Shown here piece after piece: positions 52,991 to 64,000 of a stretch of DNA of 64,000 nt; the stretch's first letter is position 1; every line of letters begins with the position of its first letter. The translations under genes were made by a program, and so were the position numbers. The stretch is taken from positions 96,288,001-96,352,000 of the forward strand of contig NC_087436.1 in the NCBI RefSeq assembly GCF_036321535.1. The letters are read 5' to 3'. The notes under the pieces are model-generated. The model did not search any database. It was not told the DNA's origin and worked only from the letters and a program-made list of their open reading frames with translations. Origin of the DNA: Camelus dromedarius. Its lineage: Eukaryota.

Positions 52991-53488
52991 TGTAATAAAA
53001 AAGAACAAATCTGACTCTGTATTAAATCTGTTCCTTTGGCTTTAACCCTGTGCTCTGTTTCCTGGGCTGGTTCTGCACCTTTTGTAAAAGAATGTTGCCT
53101 GTAGCCTGAAATACTCAGGAGAGCCTCTTCTCAAGGCTCTTTTAAGGGTATTAACAGTTTTGCAATCATATAAAGATAAAAAGTTGCATAATAGGAAATG
53201 ACATTTGTTTTGTTGGAGATTTACAGGGACATCATGACCTGACCCACATGGACAGCTGCAAGAACAAGGGATTCCAACACCAAGAAGTTAATAACAAGCG
53301 CACTCTGCCTTTTTTAGTACAAAAGGAGCCTGAGTTCTGACTTGGGGAAGATGGTTCTCTAGGACATTAGTCTGCCATCTTCTTGGTCTGCTGGCTTTCT
53401 GAATAAAGTCACTATTCCTTGCCCCAACACTTCATCTCCCAATTTATTGGCCTGTTGTGCGAGCAGAACAAGTTTGGACTTGGTAACA
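52991..53488 (+). mobile_element. ERV1-type solo LTR (about 498 bp) inserted in an L2 tail
   Basis: TG...CA termini (TGTAATAAAA ... TTGGTAACA) with 4-bp flanks TCCT/TCCC and an internal AATAAA near 53402. The L2 3' end (GGGCAGGAACCATG... / ...TGCCTGGCACATAGGAG) is split on either side. Confidence 0.82.
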
Positions 53489-53974
53489 TCCCCACTGCCT
53501 GGCACATAGGAGAGGCTCAGTAACCATTTTCTGAACAGAGCAAACAAATGCCTGGAAGTTACTGGCTTATGTGTGCATCTCCTGTGCTTTGACTTGCGCA
53601 TGTTTTATTCATCTGAACATCCTCTATGTGTAGCCCGGTACCTGGGACAAAATAAGCCCTTAGTAAATGCTGGCTGAATTGATTTCTGAAACGGCATGCT
53701 TCTCTAATTTTCTAAGGACAGCTTCTTCTTCCCTTAGTACCTGTAACTATGAGAAAGGAATTAGAAGGTGCTTAAATTATTAGGGAGAAGGGCAAGTGAA
53801 TCATCAGAAGAGAGACAGAAATTACAGCATCAGAAAATTACAAGATGTGAAAATGGATTGCTCATTCAACCTTCAGGCAGGGTACTTATGCATGTGACCA
53901 GAGCCAAACAATGCTTTTTTTCTTTTTCTTTTTAAACAGGAAAAAAGCATTTGCTAATAATTGGTTGCTTGAAA

Positions 53975-54440
53975 CTAATCTATGGTGGAGAAAATCAGAA
54001 CCGTGGTTGCCTCTGGGGGTGGGGATGGAGACTGACTGGGAACGGACTTGAGGGAACTTTCAGGGAACAAAAATGTGCTATATTTAGTTAAAGCTTTATT
54101 CCATATTGATGCAGGTATTTGTAAAAACTCATCAAATAATGCACTTAGGATGTGTACATTTCACCACACATAAATTTTACCTCAAAAAGCAAATGAAAGA
54201 TCTGTCAACAAGTATTGAACTCTAATGATACTCATGACGTATGTTAAGGGTGAAGTGTACTGATGACTGCAATTTACTTTGAAATGCATATAATAAAAAA
54301 GTGATGGAGAAATATATAATGAAGCAAATATGTAAAATATTAACTATAGAATCTAGGTGGTAGGTATGATAGTTTACCATATAATTTTCTTAACATTCCT
54401 ATATGTTTGAAAATTTTCATTAAAAATTTTTGGGGAAAGA
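53975..54440 (+). mobile_element. Old L1 (L1MC/MD-like) 3'UTR
   Basis: AATCTATGGTGGAGAAAATCAGAACCGTGGTTGCCTCTGGGG...GAAGTGTACTGATGACTGCAATTTACTTTGAAATGCAT...TATGTTTGAAAATTTTCAT. Confidence 0.78.
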
Positions 54441-56669
54441 TGGTTGGTTGGCCTGTTTAGATGCAAGTATATTAGCACCCAAAAGTTAAGTATGGAGTTG
54501 CCTCCCGGGAGTCCTCTGGCTATGCAAAGTCAGACATTAAGATCACGGATGAAAGGTTACATAGAGTAATGAAGAATTTCTAAAAATCTCAGGAAATGGG
54601 AAAAGTTCTCATTATCTGTGGCTGACTGACTCATTCATTCATTCAATAAACATTTATGGAATTCCTAGTTTATATCAGAAACTGCTTAAGACACACTAAA
54701 AATAGATAAAAGTCTGGGTCTTCTTGGAATCTCATATTTTCATTATGATTTCAAGGGGATTCCTCCAAAGCCAGGAGGAAAGGTGATGGTGGAGGGGAGG
54801 GGGCTGGCAGGAGACAAAGCGGCAGTTCTTTTCCTATTTCAGGCCCAAAACTATCCTTTGAAGGGAATAACACCATATGCAGACATAAAATAGACCAAGG
54901 CATTGGGAACTGGAAAGGACTGGCAATCCATTTAGGATAAGAGCACCTTGAGCTGAGACCACTTTTAGTTCATGGTGGGGAAATAACATGCCTTCCAAAG
55001 GAGAAAGAAATCAGAGTCTTTGATTTTCTTAATTCATGTTATAACCTGCTCTTTTAGAATATATCATGTACAGTATATAGAACACCTGTATCTTTCAATC
55101 TTTTAAGACGTAACTACACCAGATACAAACTCATGCTCTGCTCCCTTGAGGGAAGGGGGCAAGCACAGTGGTCAGGATTCTCACTGAAGAAATACCTGTT
55201 TAAAAAGAATCTGAGGCCTATATCGCAAATCTGGTTAAATCTGGATGGTACATTTTCTGCATGCCTAAAATCTTTCAGAATCAAAAATTTTATAATTAAA
55301 GAAAAAAAGCTGATAAACTATAGTGGGAATACCAATGATATCCATTAACCTCAGACTATACAAGGTTTTCTGGAATGCCCTAAGAGGGAAGGGAGGAAAA
55401 AATGAAAGAAAAATGAAATTATCAAAATAATAACGTATCTCTTGAGTAAACTTTCTTAATAGATTTATTTACAGAAGTCTTATTTCTTCAAACAAAATAA
55501 TATTTTGGGGGAAAATGGATGAAATGACCTTATTTACCCAGGAAACATTACTACTATTGCAATTTCTGAAATAAATGAATTAAATCAAATCAAAGTATTA
55601 ATTTCATAAATAGTAAATTGCTGATTTTTGAAAAATGGTGCTTCTGTGCAAGTAAGTGGTATAAGCATAAACAAGAACCGCTGAGATGACTCATGAAAAA
55701 ACACAGAAGTTATGTGGAAACTTCCAATTTATAGCATTCAAAGCTAGATTATATTAACTGGGGTGGTAAAATTGGAATAATGGAACCATGTTGGATCTGT
55801 CCCCAAATCCATCAATACTTAAGTATTCAGGTTAAGAGATTCATCCTAAAAAGTCACTGGAAACCTCAGAGATTAAAAAGAAAGTAAGGCAAAGCTAAAA
55901 TTGTGATGTAAACCATATGTGGAATTAACATAAACAAAATATAAAAATAACTAATAATTCATCAGAAATTAATAAACTCTTTTTTCTAGAGCTCAGTTTT
56001 ATTTAAATAACTAACAAATGAGTCATCCAGTACAATCATGCCCAATCTTTTACGTTCCTAAAACAACTGGGTTCAGTTAATCCCATGAAAACCAACCACT
56101 AATTCAGTTCTATTGTTCAGCATTGTGTAACAAATGCAAATAGGCAGCTCACAGCAATTTCTACTTTTCTACAAACGCTGCTACTGTGCAGATGGACTCT
56201 GCCAGCGGAGGCAGAATAGATTTTGATGCCTGAATTCTCTCCCAGAGTATAACCAATAAACCTCCACGGAAATAAGGGGTTGCTGATTAAATTTCTGCAC
56301 ATGCTAGCTTGAAAAATTAATATATAAATTAGGGTGACAATTAGAAACACTATAAATAACATGTTTAATTTGATAGCTTGGCTATTGTGATAAGTTTAAC
56401 AACTGTTTCTCCCTCTTGCTATATTCATTTTCACCTCAGGGTTAAGTGATACTGGGCCAGAGGGATGCTGGAACAGGAGGCATTTGCAGAAGGCTAATGT
56501 GTGAAATTGATTTTCCTTGCACTGGCTTTAATCCTGTTGACATAAAAGATCCACATATGACATTTCACACTAGAAAATATCCTATCTTCTTTATACTGAC
56601 TTTTTTCTTTCAGTGTCATTAAAACCAAGTTAAGCTTTGTGAGAAGACAAGGACCAAAGATTCATATTC

Positions 56670-56880
56670 AACTACCATTTACTAAGACCATCCCAGTAAC
56701 TGCTCAGGTACTGTGACACACACTTTCACTAAACCTCACAATAATCATGTGAAACAGGTGTCATGATCTCAATTTCATACATGAGGAGACTCAAAGTTGA
56801 TAGGAAACTTGCCCAAGTGCACACAAGAGGTCCTCCTGGTCAAGGCATGGTTTAATCCTGGGCTACACACTTTGTTTCTA
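56670..56880 (-). mobile_element. MIR SINE
   Basis: AACCTCACAATAATCATGTGAAACAGGT...ATGAGGAGACT...AACTTGCCCAAG. Confidence 0.65.
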
Positions 56881-59835
56881 CTGCCCCACAACACTGATTC
56901 TAATTCTTACCCTTTCTACCCTATGTAATTGTCTCTGCACTTGCTCAGTTTGATGTGAACCGAAATGCACTAATATCTAAGTCAGTATCCTATGACACTA
57001 CTTTCATGTTCCAGAATGCAAGGGCCTGTCCACAGTACAGTAACACGGCAGGAAAACAGTTACTGTACTTCTCCAACTCTGACAGTGGGGGAATCCTGAC
57101 CCAACAAGCACATGTGTCATTTAGATGATATTTCAACACTAGGGTATCCTGGGGATTTCAGCATCACTGCAGTTATAGTCAACAAAATTGCCAAAGTCCC
57201 TAAAGCTGTTGCTAGATAAAACACGCCACCACATAAAAATGGTGAACTTACCAATCATACTCGAAAGTAAATTTTTTTTTTTTACAGATGGCAAAAAAAT
57301 TTTATTTGAAAATAACCTTTATGTATTAAATGATACTGTGATGCTATATCCTATTGTTCAGTCAACTAAATACAGAGAATTGCTCTCTGTAGATTTCTAC
57401 TGGCAATAGCTTTAAATGACTCTCCTGCACACATATGGACTAAGGCCAGTTGATGTCATGATTCTAACAAGAAGCTGCTTCAAAGTCTTCACCTATATCT
57501 GATGAGTCTTCAAAAATATCAGTGGAATTCTGTCCAGCGTAAGTTTGATAAAGTAATTTTTAAAAATTGCTATCACTTGATGGTGTAAGTAGTGACAGTA
57601 AGAGAATACCCTATATTCTGAGCATTAAGGAGGAGAGAATTTTCTGCATATAACATTTTTGATGGAAAAAATCAGTTTACTAAAACATCTGCATAAAACT
57701 GTCAAAAGAATGACATGAAGATAAAATATATAGATACATATTAGTATCCTAAACAAAGTAAAAATATATTGTTACTTAAAGATTATTTAGAAAAGACTAT
57801 CCAGTCCAAGTGAAACCAAAACATATACTTTCTCAAAGAAAATTAAATGTTAGGAAATAACATCCATCATGTGGATATCAATCAATTAATATAATAAATA
57901 TGAATTTGTGAAAATGCCAAAGTATGTTTTTCATTTGATTCTTGGGTACTTATAAAAATTATAAATCAGAATGGTCTTATTTATCTCTTTCATATTACTA
58001 TAAACATATTATTATATTGTACATTACCAGAAGGTCTTAGAGATTAGCCAATTAAATAATATTTCAAAAAGTAGGAGAAACTTTTAGGATAATTATTTAC
58101 AAATCTGTTTTAGCAACCTTATTTTTTTTCTAATGATTTCAGAGATTTGGAAAAATAACCGAATGTTGCTGAATTACAGAGAACACGTATCAGAGATCGT
58201 TTAAAAAAGAACCCTAAAAATAAAAAGTCTAATTCCCTAGTACATAGTGTGCTATAAAGTTGGCCAGGAAGGGAGACCCATGACTAAACTCAAGTTCTGC
58301 CAATAATGACTGTTGCTTGACTAGCTTTCTGTTCCTTACTAGTAAAATGACTGTATTATGAGTGGGAGGTGGTATGTGAAGGATTGTTAAGTTATATGGT
58401 ATCTGAGATGGTTTCCAGGATCACACACAGTTTCAAGATTTTTTTTCTTAAATCAGTCTTGCCTATCATTAGATATGAGGGGAAAAAAAAAGTCTTACTG
58501 TGGAGTTGGCTGAGAGAGGCACCTCACTGGTAAAACAATAACTGAGAGTGTCATCTCTGAAGACAAACAAGCTCCTAGCATCTCCGCCCATAAGCCTCTC
58601 TGATACCCACAACCACAGGTCTCTAGTCTTTGAAGGGATACAAGGAGAGTGCCTGGCTGCAAAGACCCAGATATGCAGCCTTGGTTCTGGAGGACAGCCA
58701 ACCACAAGGGCTGTCACAGCATCCTGAGCACCACATACTCACTGGTGTTGGGCAGAGAGAGGTATGTGCACCTCATCCACAATCTACCCTTCTAATCAAA
58801 CTGTCTTCACTCCCCATTTTTATATAATTCATTCTAAGAGGACGTTTCCTGTAAATGAGCTGTAGCAACAGTGCCATCAGATGCATGGGGCCACTCTGGC
58901 TGAAGGAGAACCTGGAGGTCTGGGCCTTATAAAGAAGTCCAATGGGCACTGGTAGAGTCCCCCCAAAACAGGGTGTGAGGTCCTGAGGCTGGTGGTACAC
59001 TCTGGGATATGGATTAGAGGGGCTATATAGGTTTAGATGAACTCAATGCTAGTGACCTTCCAGAGAATGTTGACAGGATATTTTTTAAAGGAATTTAAAT
59101 ATTTGATGTGATCTTTCGATTTCATAGAAGGTGTACAGTAAGCTGATCAAGGGCCAGCCTCTTAGTTTAAATGAGAAAACTTAAGCCCCAAGAGCTTTGG
59201 GGGTTATCCCCAGAATCTTCATCTCCTAACCCTACTCAAGAGCATGTAGAAGGATGGATCCTAAATATCCTTCCTAGAGATGACAGTTTTCTTGATCACT
59301 TTATACTCCTCAGATACCACTGAGGTATCAACAAAAATCTTGGTCAAATTATCTGACTCCCCCCATTTCCATTGATTCTCACAAATAACATCTAAGTTCC
59401 AATTCTTTAGGAATACTTCAAAAATTCTAAGACTGATACATTGTTGGGTCCTATCCTATTAAGTATCAAATCACTCTCGTACACCAGGTTTTTAAAAAGA
59501 TATAATACCTCTCAACTCAGGAAGATAAGGATTTCAAAAAGCTATGGCAACAATAAAATTCTACATTTGTAATTGATTAAAACATTGACCACTGTGATTA
59601 TAATACAGAACTAAAACTTAATGACTTCCAGGGTCATTAAGAACTCTTACATGACATACAAGCACACAGAATTAAACAATTAAGCAAACACATTAAAGAG
59701 ATAGTAAGTGCTATCTTTTAGAAATTATTTTGTCTGTCAAAAAAGCTGATTCATAGAGAATTTTCCCTAAAGTCATATGAACCTAATATTCCTCCTTGGT
59801 TGGATAAAACAGATTTTTCTATATTAAAATATCAC

Positions 59836-60127
59836 TGGCTTCTTCTGGCTGGGCCGAGGAGTGGCTGCGTACGTTGAAGGACACAGGCTACAGAGTTGGT
59901 GTCTTTTGAAAGACTGAAAGCATGGCAGGTCCAGAAACTGATGCCCAATTTCATTTCACTGGCATCAAAAAATATTTCAACTCTTACACTCTCACAGGGA
60001 GAGTGAACTGTGTTCCGGCTGCGTACGGAAGCGTTGCTTTGATAGTCTTAAGTTTCCATGCCTGAAGAAGCTAATGTCAGCTCATCATGTGATACTCAAT
60101 TTGTATAATAAATTATGAATCTAGAAA
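59836..60127 (+). pseudogene. ATP5MK: Processed retrocopy of ATP5MK (USMG5/DAPIT, ATP synthase subunit k) with an internal deletion, antisense within the NWD2 intron
   Basis: An ATG at 59922 opens MAGPETDAQFHFTGIKKYFNSYTLTGRVNCVPAAYGSVALIVLSFHA* (TGA at 60063-60065). The copy is intronless, has AATAAA at 60107-60112 and a short A-tail. Candidate TSD is AAAATATCAC (59826-59835) / AAAATATTAC (60128-60137) at a TT|AAAA L1 endonuclease site. Confidence 0.92.
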
Positions 60128-60249
60128 AAAATATTACCAATATAAATTCTGCTAATTTACACATTTTGGGTGGGGGAGGGCTTTTTCACTGACTGCAGAA
60201 GGCTGGATTTGAGGCAAGTTCAGTAGGTGATTCTATAATGACTGCAGCA

Positions 60250-60475
60250 CAGCAACTGGCTTGGAGCTTCTGAATCAGGCAGATGAGAGGATGTGAGTTC
60301 TGCCTCCTCCACACACCAACTGTGTGACACTGGGCAAGTTACTAAGCCACTCTGAGCTTAGGTTTCCTCATCAGCAAAACAGGAGTAATAGTAGTGTCTT
60401 CCTAATAATCTGAAAATAACTTAGTAATCATGCAAGGTCCTGGGTAAGCATTAATTAAAGGGTACCTATTATAAT
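60250..60475 (+). mobile_element. MIR SINE
   Basis: CTGTGTGACACTGGGCAAGTTACTAAGCCACTCTGAGCTTAGGTTTCCTCATCAGCAAAACAGGAGTAATAGTAG is the MIR core. Confidence 0.8.
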
Positions 60476-61826
60476 TACATCATTGACATTTGTCAATTAA
60501 TTTCTCACAACAACCCTAACAGGAGGAGCTACGATACAATTATGAAAACGGGAGACTTGAGAGGTCGTTTCTCCAAGGACACTCATGGTGCAACTTTACC
60601 CACAATATCACTAAGTGTCATATAAGCAGAATTCAGGAAAGGAGAAGCCAATGCCTCAGAACCTAAAAACAGAGAGATGCTACGCGAGCATGACTAGTAT
60701 AATTGCTGGAGCCAAATACAAATCCAACAAGTGGTGAGTATGAATGATGGAGCTGCCCCCGAATATTTCTAAAATTCAAACTGTGTAAGGATTTAGACTG
60801 ATTAGAAGGTCAATGGGTCTGATTTAAAGAATTACTGACGCTTAACAGAGAGAGAGCTTTTCTATTTTTACAGCCCAAACTGCATTCACTTGTGCAAGAA
60901 CCAGCGTCTGCATAGACTAAAGTTCTTAACATGCTTTCCTAAGCTCCTAAATTACTTCGAGGCAGGAGATAAAGCAGGTTTAGGAGAGAAAAACCATTGT
61001 TATCTGCAATTTTTTTCCTACTTTGGAAATAAAATATGGTTATAATGTAGTCAGTTTATAAACAATATATATATTTTCTAATCTGAGCAGTATGTTACAT
61101 ATGCTATACTGAAAGTCTTGAGATTTTTTTTCATTTTAATAGCCTTCCATTAAAAGAACTGTGGCTTCTATAAAAAATATGCTGGCAATTTTAAACTGAG
61201 AGACTATTAACATGCTATTGAAGACTAAAGGTCTATGCATAACTGCTCTAAAGTATTGTCTGAGATAAGCAACGTTACACCCATTGTATTGAAGAGAATT
61301 TCCAGAGACAGTGTACATGAGGAAAATACAGGTCTTTCTATTTCTCCCTACAGAATTATCAATGTTCCAGAAAATTTACCAAGCTATGTCTAGTCAGATA
61401 ACTCTGATTTAGAATGTTACTGTATTTGTGTAAAGGAGTTTGTATAAAGGAGACAGCTTAAGTTAGTTATGATTCTTATATTCATAAATTAGCTTAAAAC
61501 AAAAATATTTTATACGAATCATGATTAAAATATTAGATAATAGGACAGAGTAAAAACATAATATAATGTAAGTTTTTATATTGATCTTACTAGTCTATAA
61601 CTTCTATTCTAAAACAGTGATGACTCTGACTGTATCATCATGTATGACTGATGTGTGAAGGTACCCAGTAAAATCAAGAGACTTAAGAGAATCATTACTG
61701 CATGCTTTTAACCTGTTTATAGGACAGGTGGTTTGAAAAGATTAAATAAACATTACTTATTTAGTCCTGGAAGGTCCTGTTTAGTTACAAGAGTAAAAGT
61801 GGTTAACAGAATGCTGGGACACAGTA

Positions 61827-63297
61827 AGGCAGACCTCGTTTTACTGTCCTTTGCTTCACAGATACAGCGAGTTTTTATAAATTGAAGGTCTGTGGCAAAC
61901 CTACTTTGATCAAATCTATCGACAGCATTTTTTCAACATTTGCAGATAATGTCTCTGTGTCACATTTTGGTAATTCTCACAATATTTTAAACTTCTTCAT
62001 TACTGTTATATTTGTTAGGTGATCTGTGATTGGTGATCTTTGTCGTGACTATTGTAATTGTTTTGGGGAGCCACACGTCTCGCCCATATGACAATATACT
62101 TGATAAATGTGTCTGTTCTGACTGCTCTGTCAACTGGCCATTCCCTCCTCTCTCCCCCTTTCCTTGGGCCTCACTATTCCCTGAGACACAAAAATATTGA
62201 AATCAGGCCAATTAATAACCTTACAATGGCCTCTAAGTGTTCAAGTGAAAGGCAGAGTCACACTTCAAATCCAAAGGTAGATGTGATTAAGCTTAGTGAG
62301 GAAGGCATGTGGAAAGCTGAGACAGGCCAAAAGTTAGGTACCTTGCACCAGCTAACAAGTTATAATTGCAAAAGAAGAGTTCTTGAAGGACATCTAAAGT
62401 GCTACTCCAGTCAACATACAAATGATAAGAAAGCAAACGGGCCCGGCCACTATTAATATGGAGAAAGTTTTAGCGGCCTGGAAAGAAGATGAAACCAGCC
62501 ACAACATTTCCTTAGGCCAAAGCCTAATCCAGAGCCAAGACCCTAACTCTCTTCAATTCAGTGAAGGCTGAGAGAGGTGAGGAAGCTGCAGAAGAAAAGT
62601 TTGCAGCCAGCAGAGGTTGGTTCATAAGGTTTTGGGAAAGAAGCTGTCTCCCTAACATCAAAGTGCAAGGTGAAGCTGCAAGTGCTGATGTAGAAGCTGC
62701 AGCAAGGTATGCAGAAGATCTAAGTCAGGTCTTTAATGAAGGAGTCTTCACTAAACAACAGATTTTCAACGTAGATGAAACATCCTCACATTGGAGGAAG
62801 ATGCCGTCTAGGACTTCCATAGCTAGAGAGAAGTCAATGCCTGGCTTCCAAGCTTCAAAGAACAGGCTGACTCTCTTGTTAGGGACTAACACAGATGGTG
62901 ACTTTAAGTTAAAGCCAATACTCATTTGTTACTCTCAAAATCCTAGGGCCCTTAAGAATTAGGCTCAATCTACTCTGTGCTCTATAAATAAAACAACAAA
63001 GCCTGAATGAGAGCACATCTGTTTACAATATCATTTATTGAATATTTTCAGCCCATTATTGGGACCTTCTGCTCAGAAAAAAAAATATTCCTTTCAAAAT
63101 ATTCCTGCTCATTGATAAGGTAACCTGTTCACCCAAGAACTATAATGGACATGTACAACAAGATTAATGTTTTCACATCTGCTAACACAACATCCATTCT
63201 GCAGCTCGTGGATCCATGAGTAATTTTGATTTGCAAGACTTATTATTTAGGGAATACATTTTATAAGGCTATAGCTGCCATAGATAGTGATTCCTCT
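61827..63297 (+). mobile_element. Tigger1 DNA transposon, 5' part with frameshifted transposase
   Basis: TA|AGGCAGACCTCGTTTTA 5' TIR relic. The ATG at 62226 gives MASKCSSER...IKLSEEGM.KAETGQKLG. ORF 62561..62962 encodes pogo-family CENP-B HTH/DDE motifs ([11 protein letters not shown]...[12 protein letters not shown]...[34 protein letters not shown]). Confidence 0.93.
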
Positions 63298-63319
63298 AAA
63301 GGAGAACATTTGGTAAGTA

Positions 63320-64000
63320 TAAAAATAATCCCCAAATTTGTATGGAAACACAAAAGACCCAAACAGCCAACACAGTCTTAAGAAAGAATTAAACTGGACT
63401 TATGCTCCCTGATTTCAAACAATAATACAAAGCTACAGTAATCAAAACTTTATGGTAGTTGGCAAAAAATCAGACACATAAATCAATGGAACAGAACAGA
63501 GGGCCTAGAAATGAACTTATATGGGCAATTAATCTACAACAAAGGAGGGAAGAATACACAATGGGGAAAAGACAGCCTTTTCAATAAATGCTGTTGGGAA
63601 ACCACCTCTGGACAGATACATGCAAAAGAATCAAACTAGACTACTCTCTAACACTATGCACAAAAATAAATTCAAAATGGATTAAAGACTTAAATGTAAG
63701 ACTTAAAACCATAAAACTTCTAGAAGGAAACATAGGTAGTAAGCTCTTTGGCATTGGTCTTAGCAAGGGAAACAGAAGCAAAAATAAACAAAAGTGACCT
63801 AATCAAACTAAAAAGGTTCTGCATAGAAAAGGAAACTATCAATAAAATGTAAATGCAACCTACTGAATGGGAGAAGAAATTTTCAAACTATTTGTCTGAG
63901 GAGGGGTTAATATCCAAAATATACAAGTAACTCTTACAATTCAACATAAAAAAACCCCACCTGATCAAAAAATCAGCAGAAGATCTGAACAGATATTTTT
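63320..64000 (+). mobile_element. L1 ORF2 3' region interrupting Tigger1; continues beyond the window end
   Basis: ORF 63588..63797 ([40 protein letters not shown]) is L1 ORF2. Also TACAAAGCTACAGTAATCAAAAC and TTCAATAAATGCTGTTGGGAAAAC. Confidence 0.92.

Noticed and set aside
62058..62962. Transposase ORFs as a domesticated TIGD1-like gene
   Set aside because: The frame is broken by frameshifts and stops and the element is cut by an L1 at about 63300. It is an ordinary Tigger1 relic.
1..64000. CRISPR arrays, operons, tRNA/rRNA/snRNA genes or a new multi-gene system
   Set aside because: The window is mammalian intron DNA. I recognised no regularly spaced repeat-spacer array, structured RNA gene or intact non-host ORF cluster.

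Overview
This is placental-mammal DNA lying entirely inside the 5' part of NWD2 (KIAA1239, a NACHT/WD40 STAND protein), which runs on the minus strand. Only two coding exons are present: 31295-31383 (89 nt) and 12131-12247 (117 nt), both with canonical AG/GT boundaries. The L1 3'UTR type and the absence of Alu, B1/B2, Bov-tA, PRE-1, CHR-2 and Can-SINE elements suggest a cetartiodactyl, plausibly a camelid (inference). The rest is intron, rich in decayed repeats: several L1s, L2, MIR, CR1/L3, DNA transposon relics (Tigger1, Tigger2a-like, MER33, MER3-like, MER104-like) and one ERV1-type solo LTR. An ATP5MK (USMG5/DAPIT) processed retrocopy at about 59836-60127 is too short for the ORF track; it has an internal deletion and a 47-codon open frame. 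I see no evidence of a new multi-gene system. The most interesting signals are small: the ATP5MK retrocopy, a perfect 55-bp templated insertion into a MIR, a Tigger2a-like MITE whose interior is replaced by a patchwork, and several very short TSD-flanked L1 tails. Repeat names and boundaries come from recalled consensus sequences and are approximate unless TSDs or TIRs are quoted.
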